Source: a phage
Sequence record: PZ379179.1
Length of the DNA stretch: 39,736 bases
Reading direction: 5' to 3' (one strand)
Below, piece by piece: positions 27,110 to 36,671 of the stretch. A program made the translations under genes and the position numbers. The stretch's first letter is position 1; every line of letters begins with the position of its first letter. Below the pieces are notes generated by a model, which saw only the letters and a program-made list of their open reading frames with translations, ran no database searches and was not told the DNA's origin.

Positions 27110-29392
27110 ATGGCTAGTAATATTGAATCAGCTCTGGCTAATCGGACTATGGGTCGTGGCAGAGCGCCTGGTAAAACTATAGCCGTCAACTATCAAGCAG
27201 CCAACGTTCAGGCCCCTACTGGTGACTCAGGTCTGGCTCGTGCGTTAACCAACTTCGTTGAGTCTGGGACTGGATTATACAAGCAGTTCAAAGACGATGA
27301 GAAGACACGGGCCGACGAGCGGTCTAACGAGATTATCCGTAAGCTGACACCTCAGCAAAGACGTGAGGCTATCCAGAACGGCACATTGCTGTATCAGGAT
27401 GACCCTTACGCTATGGAAGCACTTCGAGTCAAGACTGGTCGTAATGCTGCCTTTGCGGTGGATGACGAGATTAACGTTAAGATTCAGAACGGTGAGTTCC
27501 GTACACGTCAGGACATGGAAGAGTATCGCCACCAGCGACTTCAGGACGCCGCTAAGTCCTATGCTGAAGAGGCGGGTATTAACCCTACCGATGAGTTCTT
27601 CCAGCGCGGGTTCAACGATAACATCACAGACCGCAACATCGCTATCTATGGGTCTTTCAATAAGTATTTCAGCAAGCAGTCTGAAGAGACAGCAATGTTG
27701 AACACTCGTATTGAGATGAACTCATTCCTGAACGATGGGGACCTGATGCGTTCTCCTGAGTCTGGAAAGACCTTCATGGCCTACCTTCGGGATGGACTAA
27801 CGACTGCTGCTATCCCTTCGGACCAGCGAGCACGAGAGGTCATTACCCAGACGGTCAGTGACGCAATCCAGAAGTCAGGCGGCTCAAACTTCCTACAGCA
27901 AGTACGAGGCGAGCGAATCACCCTTAACGGCGTGGACGCTACAGTCGAAGAGATTGTAGGACCTGATGTCTTCAACGCTGCTATTGTTGAGGCACAAGGA
28001 ACTGAGTACAAGCTGGTGGCTAAGTATCAGGAGGACTTATCGTTAGGCGTTCAGTCTGCGATTCTTCAGGACGACCCAACCATCGGTCTTGCCCAGATTC
28101 AGAAACTCAAGGAGCAGAACAACCTGCTTCAGCCGGGTGAAGAACTCACGCCTCAGCGTCAGATGCTTATTAATGCTGAAGCGAGCTTACTGGAAGCGGT
28201 CAAGCGTAAGTCTGCTGAACAGGCTAAGGAGAACACTAAGTTAATCCAGACTCAGAACAAGCAACTGGTCATTGACCAAGTGTATCAGCGACGTCTGGCT
28301 GGAGACAATGTGTCCACCAACTATGAGGACCTTCCGGTATCAGATGCTACAGGAGAGTTCAAGCGTTCGGACATGAACAACTATGCGTCTTCTAAGCTAC
28401 AGCAGATTGACCATATGGACATCCCTGAGGCTGCTAAGGACGCACAGAAGGTTGCATTATTAAGAGCTGACACTAACAACGGTCCGTTCCGTAATGCCTT
28501 CCAAACGCTTACTCAGGACGCTGCTGGTGAGTGGCAAGCTGCTGTCATCCGTGGACAGTACGACCCAGACAAGATGAAACGCTTCGAGTCTCTTCGTCGT
28601 GCCTACACTCAGGACCCTTCAAGTTTCGCTGCTCTGTATCCTGACCAAGCTCAGTTGTTCTCTACGTTCGACCAGATGGACAAGATGGGTCTGGACCCTC
28701 AGACGATGATTGAAGCTGATAAGCAAGCTGCAAGTCAAAGCCGTGAGATGCGCATGGAGTCAGACAAGGCGTGGCAGGAGTTGAAGAACGACTCTCGGAA
28801 TAAGGACCTTTCGCGTCTTCCTACATCTCTGGACGCAAGTGCTCGTAAGGTCTGGGACTCATGGTACTATCGTACAGGTAACGCTGACGCTGCAACTCAG
28901 CAGACTCAACGCTGGCTGAATGAGAACACCGTAACGTTCCAGTCTGAGGGTTCTGATGGTAAGTCCATAGGCATGGTGTCCAAACACCAGCTTATGGTCG
29001 GGGATAACCCAGAGTCGTGGCAGGTGGGGCGAGACATTATCGACACCGCTCGTAAGCAGCTCATTAAGGCTAACCCTTGGGTAGTGAACTCTCAGTTGTC
29101 CGTTGTTGAACAGAACGGCTCTATCTTCCTCCAAGACGCTACAGGGACTATTCGTATTCGCTACGATAAAGAACTTGTAGGTAAACTCTACCGCGAACAA
29201 CAGCAGAAGGCACAAGATGCCGCATATGCTCAGGCAGAACGTGACGCTAACAAGAGAGCGCGTATCGTCGGGACTAAAGCTGCTGGTGACAAACGTCGAG
29301 CTGACCGAGAGGCCAACATCGAGAAGCGCGGAGGGATGTACAATGACGTCTCACTGGAGGGTATCGCAAACGTACTAATCGGTAAGGAGTAA
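27110..29392 (+). CDS. Internal virion (core) protein C (T7 gp15 homolog)
   Basis: 760 aa; DERSNEIIRKLTPQQRREAIQNGTLLYQDDPYAMEALRVKTGRNAA and IRIRYDKEL align with T7 gp15. Confidence 0.93.
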   Translation: MASNIESALANRTMGRGRAPGKTIAVNYQAANVQAPTGDSGLARALTNFVESGTGLYKQFKDDEKTRADERSNEIIRKLTPQQRREAIQNGTLLYQDDPYAMEALRVKTGRNAAFAVDDEINVKIQNGEFRTRQDMEEYRHQRLQDAAKSYAEEAGINPTDEFFQRGFNDNITDRNIAIYGSFNKYFSKQSEETAMLNTRIEMNSFLNDGDLMRSPESGKTFMAYLRDGLTTAAIPSDQRAREVITQTVSDAIQKSGGSNFLQQVRGERITLNGVDATVEEIVGPDVFNAAIVEAQGTEYKLVAKYQEDLSLGVQSAILQDDPTIGLAQIQKLKEQNNLLQPGEELTPQRQMLINAEASLLEAVKRKSAEQAKENTKLIQTQNKQLVIDQVYQRRLAGDNVSTNYEDLPVSDATGEFKRSDMNNYASSKLQQIDHMDIPEAAKDAQKVALLRADTNNGPFRNAFQTLTQDAAGEWQAAVIRGQYDPDKMKRFESLRRAYTQDPSSFAALYPDQAQLFSTFDQMDKMGLDPQTMIEADKQAASQSREMRMESDKAWQELKNDSRNKDLSRLPTSLDASARKVWDSWYYRTGNADAATQQTQRWLNENTVTFQSEGSDGKSIGMVSKHQLMVGDNPESWQVGRDIIDTARKQLIKANPWVVNSQLSVVEQNGSIFLQDATGTIRIRYDKELVGKLYREQQQKAQDAAYAQAERDANKRARIVGTKAAGDKRRADREANIEKRGGMYNDVSLEGIANVLIGKE

Positions 29393-29396
29393 CATA

Positions 29397-32300
29397 ATGG
29401 CGACTCGTGGTATTCGCAATAACAATCCGGGTAATATCCGGGTAAGTAAGGACCAATGGGAAGGAATGACTGGAGATGATGGCGCATTCGTCACCTTCGA
29501 TAGTCCAGAGTCTGGCGTCCGAGCTTTAGGTAAAAACCTGCTGTCCTACGGTCGCCAAGGTTATGACTCTATCGAGAAGATTATCAACCGATGGGCGCCT
29601 CCTAACGAGAACGACACTAAGGCTTATATTGACTCAGTAGTGGCTGCAACTGGTATTCCAGCTACCCAGAGTCTCGACCTATCGAACCCGGACACCCTGT
29701 CTTCTCTGGCTCAAGCTATTAGCTTCCATGAGACAGGCTCCCGGTACAATCCTGAAGTCTATCAGAAGGGAGTCGAAAGAGCACTTAACGGCATTAGCCC
29801 AAAGACTCCACCAGTAAGCGCTAACGTATTTGACGCACTCACGGAAGGACTCAAGGCTAAACCTAAAGTAGCTCTGGGTGAGAACCTTCCGACCGCTGCT
29901 GGTCTAAACATTGAGGGTCAAGCACCTGAAGCTCCCAACGAATCGTTCGGTGAGATGTTCTATAAGTCTACTGGCGAGACCATGCAGGAACGAGAGGATC
30001 GCTCTACGTGGTTCGGTTTCGGCTCGGCTACAGAAGCTGAAGTGAAGAACTCTATGGTCGGCGTGGCTATCCGCGCTGGTCAGACCGAGGACTCACTTGA
30101 TGTCATTGGCGATGTGTTCAACCCTACCCGCTGGAACAACCATAAGTGGTCTCGTGAGGAGCTGGACCAGATTCGTAACGCTGGAGTTCTCCCTCAGTAT
30201 TACGGTGTCATTACTGGTGGCTCTCCTCAGAACCTGACCGAGCTTATTAACTTGGCGCTTGAGAACCAGAAGTTGGACCAAGAGAAGGCCAAGGCTGGGA
30301 CTGGTGCTCAGCTAGCAGCTGGTGTGATTGGTGCTGGTGTAGACCCGCTGACCTACGTTCCTATCGCTGGACAGGTTGGCAAAGGTGCGAAGCTGGTCAA
30401 CAAGATGTTCGCCGTGGCTGCTCAATCTGGAGCACTTGCTGGTGTATCAGAGATGGCCCGTACCTCAGTGGCTGGTGGGGATGATCATGTGGCTGAAGCT
30501 ATCCTTGGTGGTGCTCTCTTTGGTGCTGGTATGACTACCATCGCTGATGGGTTAGGCAGAGCCTTAGGTCGAAACACTAATGAGTTTGCTGGCCCAGCTA
30601 CACGTCTGGAAGCTCGTGAGACCGCTCGTAACGTTGATGGTCAGGACCTGTCTCGTCTTCCTATTCAGGAAGGTGAGCAGACCTTTAGTCATCAAGGCGT
30701 TAAGTTCGCTGACGTTCAGAACGAGCCGGGTAGTGTACGACTGGAAGATGGTTCAATCCTGATTGGTGAGAACCCTCTGAACCCTAAGACACGTCAAGTC
30801 TTTGACGAAGTGATTGAGCCTGAACGTGCCGCTGCGGGTGTGAACCTTGGTGGGCTGACTGAGATTGGCCTGAAGCTGCTTCGGTCTGAGAACCCTGAGA
30901 TTCGTGGAGTCGCTGCGGACTTAGTGCGTTCACCGACTGGTATGCAGTCCGGGGCCTCAGGTAAAATCGGGACCACTGCGTCAGACGTATTCGAGAGACT
31001 TCGTGCTGTGGACCATCGGTTCTACAACGACATCGACGATGCGGTTACTGAGGCACTAAAGGACCCGTACTTCCAGACAGCATTCTGGCGAGACTCTGGC
31101 GCATTCCGTCAGGACATCTACCAGCGTGTGTCTATGGCTATCGAAGATGGTAGCGGAAACCTGAAGGCTGAACTGACTCCGGGAGAACTGAAAGTCTATG
31201 ACCTACTGAAGAACCAGTTTGACGCCAAGCGTGAGATGATGGAGAACCCAGCGATGTTTGGTCGCCCAGACGCTAAGTCTATCTTTCCGGGCAGCCGCTT
31301 CAAGGGAACATACGTCCCGCATGTGTATAGCAACCAGATGAAGGAGCTGTACATCAAGGAGCTTGGGAGGCCAGAGGCACTACAGGAGGCCATCAAGAAG
31401 TCATGGTTGACCAGCTATGCGTCTCGACCTGAAGTCAAGAAACGTGTGGACGAGGCACTCTTAGAGGCTGACCCTACGTTGACTCCAGAAGGACTTGCGG
31501 CTGCGGTCGATAAGTACGCCAACGATAAGGCTTATGGTATCTCTCACACCGAGCAGTTCGAGCGTTCATCCATAATGGAAGAGAACATCAATGGTCTGGT
31601 GGGTCTGGAGAACAACAGCTTCCTTGAGGCTCGTAACCTGTTCGATAGCGATATGTCAATCGTCCTACCTAACGGTCAGACCTTCAGTGTCAACAACCTG
31701 CGTGAGTGGGACATGGACAAGATTGTCCCGGCCTACAACCGTCGAGTTAATGGCGATATTGCTATCATGGCTGGTACAGGCAAGACCACGAAGGACATGA
31801 AGGACTTGGTTGAGACCCTGATGAACAAGGCTGGGGATGACGGTAAGTTGAAAGGTGAAGTATCTACCTTACGTGGCACTTTGAAGATTCTAACTGGTCG
31901 TGCTCGACGTGATGGTGCTGATGATGCGGCCTTCGCTACCGTGATGCGCACAATGACAGACCTATCGTTCTTCGCTAAGAATGCCTACATGGGTGTTCAG
32001 AACTTAACGGAGATTGGTGGTATGCTGGCTCGTGGTAACGTTCGTGCAATGCTTCATGGAGTCCCAATTTTCCGTGACCTAGCATTCCGTAACAAGAAGG
32101 TTGGGGCCTCAGAGATTAAGGACCTGCACAATGTTATCTTCGGTAAGGAACTGGATGACTCAATCCGTCCGTCTAAACAGGATGTCATTGACCGTCTGCG
32201 ATCTTACAGTGACCTCGGTCGTGGTACAGCTACAGCTCTTGGGACTGCCAAGTATTACACTGGCGAACTTGCAGTACGCTCTCCGTTCACTAAAGTCCTC

Positions 32301-33284
32301 AACGGTACGACCAACTACCTGTTAGATGCTGGACGTCAAGGCTTCCTGTCTGACATCGTGGAGCACAGCCTGACTGGTAGTAAGCGTAAGTTCGATGACC
32401 GCTGGCTGAAGACCGCTGGTATCTCTGACGAGCAGTGGAAGGGCATTAAGTCCCTAATCCGTGAGTCAGTGACTCGTGGTCCAGACGGGAAGTACACCAT
32501 CAAGGATAAGAAGGCGTTCAGTCAGGACCCAAGGGCTATGGACCTGTGGCGTATGGGTGACACCATCGCTGACGAAACGTTACTCCGGCCCCACAAGCTG
32601 TCAAACATGGACGCCAAGGCTTATGGTCCTCTCGCTAAGACTGTCCTTCAGTTTAAGAACTTCGTCATCAAGTCTATCAATGGGAGAACCATGCGAACCT
32701 TCTATAACGCCACGAAGAACAACAGAGCGATTGACGCTGCACTGTCGACCGTGATGTCTATGGGTCTGGCTGGTATCTACTACATGGCTCAGGCGCATGT
32801 CAAGGCTTATGCTATGCAGGATGGTCGAGACCGTGACTACCTTAAGCAAGCTCTGGACCCAACGATGATTGGCTATGCGGTCCTGTCCCGTAGTTCACAT
32901 CTTGGTGGCCCACTTGGGGTAGCTAACATTCTGGGGGGCATCGCTGGGTATGAGGACACTAAGATGCTCCGTTCGTCTATCCTACCTCGTTCGCCTACAG
33001 AGAAGCCTGAGCGTGCCATCGCGTATGGTGCAGCTACAAGTGACCCTGTGATGAATGTTGTTGGTAACTTCTTGGAGCAGGTTCCAGCTTTCGGATATGC
33101 TGCTAACGTTGGCGCTTCGGCTTACAACTTGGCTGGCTACCTCAAGGCTGATACTCGTGTCAACGAGCGTGACTACATGACCGGGATGTATAATACGTTC
33201 CGTGAACTGGTTCCGAACGACCCAATTACCCAGAAGCTGCTGCTTGGAACGTTTGAGGAGCAAGGCATCCACATCAAGGACTAA
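29397..33284 (+). CDS. Internal virion protein D (T7 gp16 homolog) with divergent N-terminal domain
   Basis: 1295 aa; from about residue 200 collinear with T7 gp16 (TWFGFGSATEAE, RWN.H.W..EELD.IR, GVDPLTYVP, MRLEARETARN, SPTGMQSGASGK, GTYVPHVY, NNSFLEARNLFDSD). The first ~130 aa (MATRGIRNNNPGNIR...) do not resemble the T7 lytic-transglycosylase N-terminus as I recall it. Confidence 0.93.
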   Translation: MATRGIRNNNPGNIRVSKDQWEGMTGDDGAFVTFDSPESGVRALGKNLLSYGRQGYDSIEKIINRWAPPNENDTKAYIDSVVAATGIPATQSLDLSNPDTLSSLAQAISFHETGSRYNPEVYQKGVERALNGISPKTPPVSANVFDALTEGLKAKPKVALGENLPTAAGLNIEGQAPEAPNESFGEMFYKSTGETMQEREDRSTWFGFGSATEAEVKNSMVGVAIRAGQTEDSLDVIGDVFNPTRWNNHKWSREELDQIRNAGVLPQYYGVITGGSPQNLTELINLALENQKLDQEKAKAGTGAQLAAGVIGAGVDPLTYVPIAGQVGKGAKLVNKMFAVAAQSGALAGVSEMARTSVAGGDDHVAEAILGGALFGAGMTTIADGLGRALGRNTNEFAGPATRLEARETARNVDGQDLSRLPIQEGEQTFSHQGVKFADVQNEPGSVRLEDGSILIGENPLNPKTRQVFDEVIEPERAAAGVNLGGLTEIGLKLLRSENPEIRGVAADLVRSPTGMQSGASGKIGTTASDVFERLRAVDHRFYNDIDDAVTEALKDPYFQTAFWRDSGAFRQDIYQRVSMAIEDGSGNLKAELTPGELKVYDLLKNQFDAKREMMENPAMFGRPDAKSIFPGSRFKGTYVPHVYSNQMKELYIKELGRPEALQEAIKKSWLTSYASRPEVKKRVDEALLEADPTLTPEGLAAAVDKYANDKAYGISHTEQFERSSIMEENINGLVGLENNSFLEARNLFDSDMSIVLPNGQTFSVNNLREWDMDKIVPAYNRRVNGDIAIMAGTGKTTKDMKDLVETLMNKAGDDGKLKGEVSTLRGTLKILTGRARRDGADDAAFATVMRTMTDLSFFAKNAYMGVQNLTEIGGMLARGNVRAMLHGVPIFRDLAFRNKKVGASEIKDLHNVIFGKELDDSIRPSKQDVIDRLRSYSDLGRGTATALGTAKYYTGELAVRSPFTKVLNGTTNYLLDAGRQGFLSDIVEHSLTGSKRKFDDRWLKTAGISDEQWKGIKSLIRESVTRGPDGKYTIKDKKAFSQDPRAMDLWRMGDTIADETLLRPHKLSNMDAKAYGPLAKTVLQFKNFVIKSINGRTMRTFYNATKNNRAIDAALSTVMSMGLAGIYYMAQAHVKAYAMQDGRDRDYLKQALDPTMIGYAVLSRSSHLGGPLGVANILGGIAGYEDTKMLRSSILPRSPTEKPERAIAYGAATSDPVMNVVGNFLEQVPAFGYAANVGASAYNLAGYLKADTRVNERDYMTGMYNTFRELVPNDPITQKLLLGTFEEQGIHIKD

Positions 33285-33302
33285 ACTATCACTATAGGAA
33301 AC
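33280..33302 (+). promoter_or_regulatory. Phage RNAP promoter (phi17-like)
   Basis: ACTAAACTATCACTATAGGAAAC; the gp16 stop TAA is embedded in the promoter. Confidence 0.7.
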
Positions 33303-33348
33303 GGGAGGCGCTACCATAGGTCTCCCTTTAAATCACAAAGGAGGCATA

Positions 33349-35529
33349 ATGTCCACGATTACACAATTCCCTTCAGGAAACACTCAGTACAGGATTGAGT
33401 TCGACTACCTAGCCAGAACGTTTGTTGTTGTTACGCTGGTGAATAGCTCTAACCCTACCCTGAACCGTGTACTGGAAGTTGGTCGAGATTACCGATTCCT
33501 TAATCCAACGATGATTGAGATGTTGGCTGACCAATCAGGTTTCGACATCGTTCGTATTCACCGTCAGACTGGAACTGACTTAGTGGTAGACTTCAGGAAT
33601 GGCTCAGTGTTGACGGCTAGTGACCTGACAAATTCAGAGCTTCAGGCTATCCATATTGCAGAAGAAGGTCGAGACCAAACGGTTGACTTAGCGAAGGAAT
33701 ATGCCGATGCTGCTGGTAGCTCTGCTGGCAACGCTAAGGATAGCGAGGACGAAGCACGCCGAATCGCTGCGAGTATCAAGGCAGCTGGTAAAATTGGCTA
33801 TATTACCCGTCGCTCCTTCGAGAAAGGCTTCAACGTTACAACATGGAACGAGGTCCTGCTATGGGAAGAGGATGGTGATTATTACCGCTGGGATGGTACA
33901 CTTCCAAAGAACGTTCCCGCTGGTTCAACTCCTGAATCATCTGGTGGTATTGGGCTGAGTGCGTGGGTTAGTGTTGGGGATGCGTCACTTAGAGCAAACC
34001 TGTCTGATAGTGATGGCGCTAAATACATAGGCAGTGGAGAAAGGACATTACTTGAGCACAGCAATGATGTTTTGCACTCAAAAGACTTTCCAACACTGCA
34101 GGCAGCTATAGATGCATCTTTGCAAAAAAATGATCTACTGGTGTCTCCTGGCAATTATACTGAAAAAGTTACTATTGGAAACGCGCAGTTAAAAGGTGTT
34201 GGCGGGGCCGCGGTACTAAAAACTCCGGCAGACTTTACAAACACTGTTCAGGTTAATTTAGCTACACCTCATTGGCAATTCCGCCATAGTGGTGGTTTTG
34301 CTATAGATGGTTCCGGGACAACCGGAGCCGTAGGTATTAGTTTTGACCCGTCAGACCAATATTCCGGACGTCATAATTTTAGTGATGTATACATCCACAA
34401 CATCAACAAGGCCCTTCAGAAGCCTTCCGGGAACATCGGCAATACTTGGAGAAATATTGGGATATCTACGTGTGATTGGGGGTATTACGCGATTAGTGGC
34501 TCAGAGACGCATTGCGGGGCCGATACCCTCTACAATATCCACTTCGATGGCATCTCCACCTATGCAGTCTATCTAGACGGCACTGTCGATAATGGCGGGG
34601 TGGGCGCATGGTGGCTTAAAGACTCCATTATTGAGGCTTCCGGAGGTGGCGGGATATACTTAAAAAGTAAATCGGGCGACTGTCCTACATCTCCATGCGG
34701 GGTATCCAATATATGGATGGAAGCTATCGCAACATCACCGGCTGTTCAGGTAGACGGCGTGGCGCAAAAACCGCGAGTTCTCAAGTTGGTAGACACAGCG
34801 ATATTCTTTGCTGAGTATTCTTATCTCAACAACATCGAGCTATCCAACTCCAACTTAGTAACTTATGGTTGCCGTTTTGACAACGCTGATGGCAATCAGG
34901 ATATTGTCGTGGATGCACAAAGTACCATTGTAGCCCATGACGTGTATTTAAACGGCAGTTCTGGAAAGGACGTTATTGTGGAGTCCGTAGCATCGCAATC
35001 TGCAACGATAGCTGCCACAAACTTATCTCTGAGGGGCAACTTAACAAGAGGGAGAGTATTTAATACGCCGACAGGGAATAAATTAATGGCTATCACATTT
35101 GACTCAGGTAGCCATTATTTTTCTGGCAGCGGCACCGTTAACGGTTCGACTGTATCTGACGGACTTCACTCCGCTACATGTACCGAATTTTCATTCCCCG
35201 GAGCCGGTTTATATGAAATGGGAGCGACAAGAACAGCCATTACATCCGGTAGATGGTACGTGTGGGGAGTTAACTCACGCCTACAATCTGGCTCGGCGGA
35301 TATTAGTATAACGTCAGGTATTACCATGGGTAGTGTTTACACAAAGCCGGGGGAGTGGATTAGCACTTTCGGTGTAGGAAAGGCATCTACCACTGGCACT
35401 GTAGCGCTATACGTTTCCACAGGAGGAGGTTCGGGAGCTACGGTCAGATTCAGTGACTTTTTCATCGCTGAGTTTACGACGCAAGCTCAGGCTTTAGCTT
35501 TCGCCAATTCAAGGATGTCGTTATCATAA
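33349..35529 (+). CDS. Tail fibre / tailspike: T7 gp17-like N-terminal anchor fused to a beta-helix (depolymerase-like) C-terminal domain
   Basis: 726 aa; N-terminus (EFDYLARTFVVVTLVN, DYRF, LVVDFRNGSVLTASDL, AIHIAEEGRDQTV) matches the T7 gp17 tail-attachment domain. From about nt 34000 codon usage becomes AT-rich and the protein shows Gly/Asn/Ser-rich repeats typical of right-handed beta-helix tailspikes. Confidence 0.9.
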   Translation: MSTITQFPSGNTQYRIEFDYLARTFVVVTLVNSSNPTLNRVLEVGRDYRFLNPTMIEMLADQSGFDIVRIHRQTGTDLVVDFRNGSVLTASDLTNSELQAIHIAEEGRDQTVDLAKEYADAAGSSAGNAKDSEDEARRIAASIKAAGKIGYITRRSFEKGFNVTTWNEVLLWEEDGDYYRWDGTLPKNVPAGSTPESSGGIGLSAWVSVGDASLRANLSDSDGAKYIGSGERTLLEHSNDVLHSKDFPTLQAAIDASLQKNDLLVSPGNYTEKVTIGNAQLKGVGGAAVLKTPADFTNTVQVNLATPHWQFRHSGGFAIDGSGTTGAVGISFDPSDQYSGRHNFSDVYIHNINKALQKPSGNIGNTWRNIGISTCDWGYYAISGSETHCGADTLYNIHFDGISTYAVYLDGTVDNGGVGAWWLKDSIIEASGGGGIYLKSKSGDCPTSPCGVSNIWMEAIATSPAVQVDGVAQKPRVLKLVDTAIFFAEYSYLNNIELSNSNLVTYGCRFDNADGNQDIVVDAQSTIVAHDVYLNGSSGKDVIVESVASQSATIAATNLSLRGNLTRGRVFNTPTGNKLMAITFDSGSHYFSGSGTVNGSTVSDGLHSATCTEFSFPGAGLYEMGATRTAITSGRWYVWGVNSRLQSGSADISITSGITMGSVYTKPGEWISTFGVGKASTTGTVALYVSTGGGSGATVRFSDFFIAEFTTQAQALAFANSRMSLS

Positions 35530-35673
35530 AAACAACCTCAGCCGAATCGGGTTATTTATCATCAGAACGGTATTGAATCATCGAAGGTTGTGGAGGTAGA
35601 GGCTAACTACACGTTGACCAACGTATGATAACAACTTTGGGTCACGGACGACCCGCTTTAAACTGGAGGTTTT

Positions 35674-35868
35674 ATGATTGAGTTAGACTTCAAGAATGAG
35701 GTCCTCAAAGCCTCGCCTATCGTCGGGACCGCTGCGGCTGATGGTGCCAGTCGGTTCTTCTTTGGGCTAACGCTCAACGAATGGTTCTACGTCGCTGCTA
35801 TCGCGTACACCGTGGTGCAGATTGGCGTCCTAATTTACAAGACGATTAAGAGCGGAGGTAAGACATGA
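35674..35868 (+). CDS. Class II holin (T7 gp17.5 homolog)
   Basis: 64 aa; FFGLTLNEWFYVAAIAYTVVQIG matches T7 holin FFGLSLNEWFYVAAIAYTVVQIG. Confidence 0.9.
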   Translation: MIELDFKNEVLKASPIVGTAAADGASRFFFGLTLNEWFYVAAIAYTVVQIGVLIYKTIKSGGKT

Positions 35869-36128
35869 CGCAGATGGACTTAGAGAAGTTCCTGTTAATG
35901 CTGGACACAGAACGTGCTAGACTAATGCTGCAAGACCTGCGGGATGACTCTAAGCGTTCGCCCCAGCTCTACAACGCCATTGAGAAGCTACTGGCTCGTC
36001 ACAACTTCGTGCTAAGCAAGGTGTCTGTTGACGAGAAGACGCTCGCTGATATGGAGGCCCTGAACGCAGAGTACGATAAGGTGCTCTCCGCTACGGAAGA
36101 TAATGACACAGGGTATGGTGTTCAATAA
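35865..36128 (+). CDS. Terminase small subunit / DNA maturation protein A (gp18-like)
   Basis: 87 aa ORF between holin and spanin with overlapping start; assigned by position and size. Confidence 0.65.
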   Translation: MTQMDLEKFLLMLDTERARLMLQDLRDDSKRSPQLYNAIEKLLARHNFVLSKVSVDEKTLADMEALNAEYDKVLSATEDNDTGYGVQ

Positions 36129-36130
36129 GT

Positions 36131-36171
36131 GTTAGACTCAAGGTCATCGTCAGGTGGCCTTTATGGTTAAC
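36131..36171 (+). ncRNA. Candidate RNase III processing hairpin (R18.5-like)
   Basis: GTTAGACTCAAGGTCATCGTCAGGTGGCCTTTATGGTTAAC, the third copy of the element at 6144 and 13375; at the position of T7 R18.5. Confidence 0.45.
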
Positions 36172-36224
36172 ACTAACTAGTGGAGGAGACTCTACGTGAA
36201 ATCTGATAAACCGGGAGGGCAACT

Positions 36225-36671
36225 ATGCTCGAATTTTTAAAGAGAGCGGCTCCGTGGTTACTTTCAGCAGTGATATTTGCTGGTGGCTACCACACCGCTA
36301 ACAATAAGTGGGAGGCTAAGGTCAATGCAGAATACACCTCGAATCTTAAGGCATCGGAGGATACAAGACTTGCTGTCCAAGCTGAAGTCAACAAAGTGTC
36401 CAAACGGTTTCAGGACGAAATGTCCTCGCTGGAAGGCAGCACTGATAGGATTATTGCTGACCTTCAGTCTGACAATAAGCGGTTGCGCATCCGAGTCAAA
36501 CCTACGAGTGGAACCACGCAAAGTGACGGTCGATGCGTCATTGATGGTTACGCCGAACTTGACGAACGAGATGCTAAACGTCTTATCGCCATCGGAGTGA
36601 AAGGAGACAAATGGATTAAGGCGCTTCAGGACACTGTGAGAGCCTTGCAGCAAGATAAGGAGGCCCAATGA
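36225..36671 (+). CDS. i-spanin, Rz-like (T7 gp18.5 homolog)
   Basis: 148 aa; MLEFLKRAAPWLL...LEGSTDRIIADLQSDNKRLRIRVK...LDERDAKRLIA...GDKWIKALQDTVRALQ matches T7 gp18.5; N-terminal TM segment. Confidence 0.9.
   Translation: MLEFLKRAAPWLLSAVIFAGGYHTANNKWEAKVNAEYTSNLKASEDTRLAVQAEVNKVSKRFQDEMSSLEGSTDRIIADLQSDNKRLRIRVKPTSGTTQSDGRCVIDGYAELDERDAKRLIAIGVKGDKWIKALQDTVRALQQDKEAQ
36325..36600 (+). CDS. o-spanin, Rz1-like lipoprotein embedded in the +1 frame of the i-spanin gene
   Basis: Track ORF 36277..36600 in an alternative frame inside gp18.5; contains a lipobox-like LTISGC after a hydrophobic stretch LIGLLLTFS. Start uncertain (first ATG at 36325). Confidence 0.45.
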   Translation: MQNTPRILRHRRIQDLLSKLKSTKCPNGFRTKCPRWKAALIGLLLTFSLTISGCASESNLRVEPRKVTVDASLMVTPNLTNEMLNVLSPSE

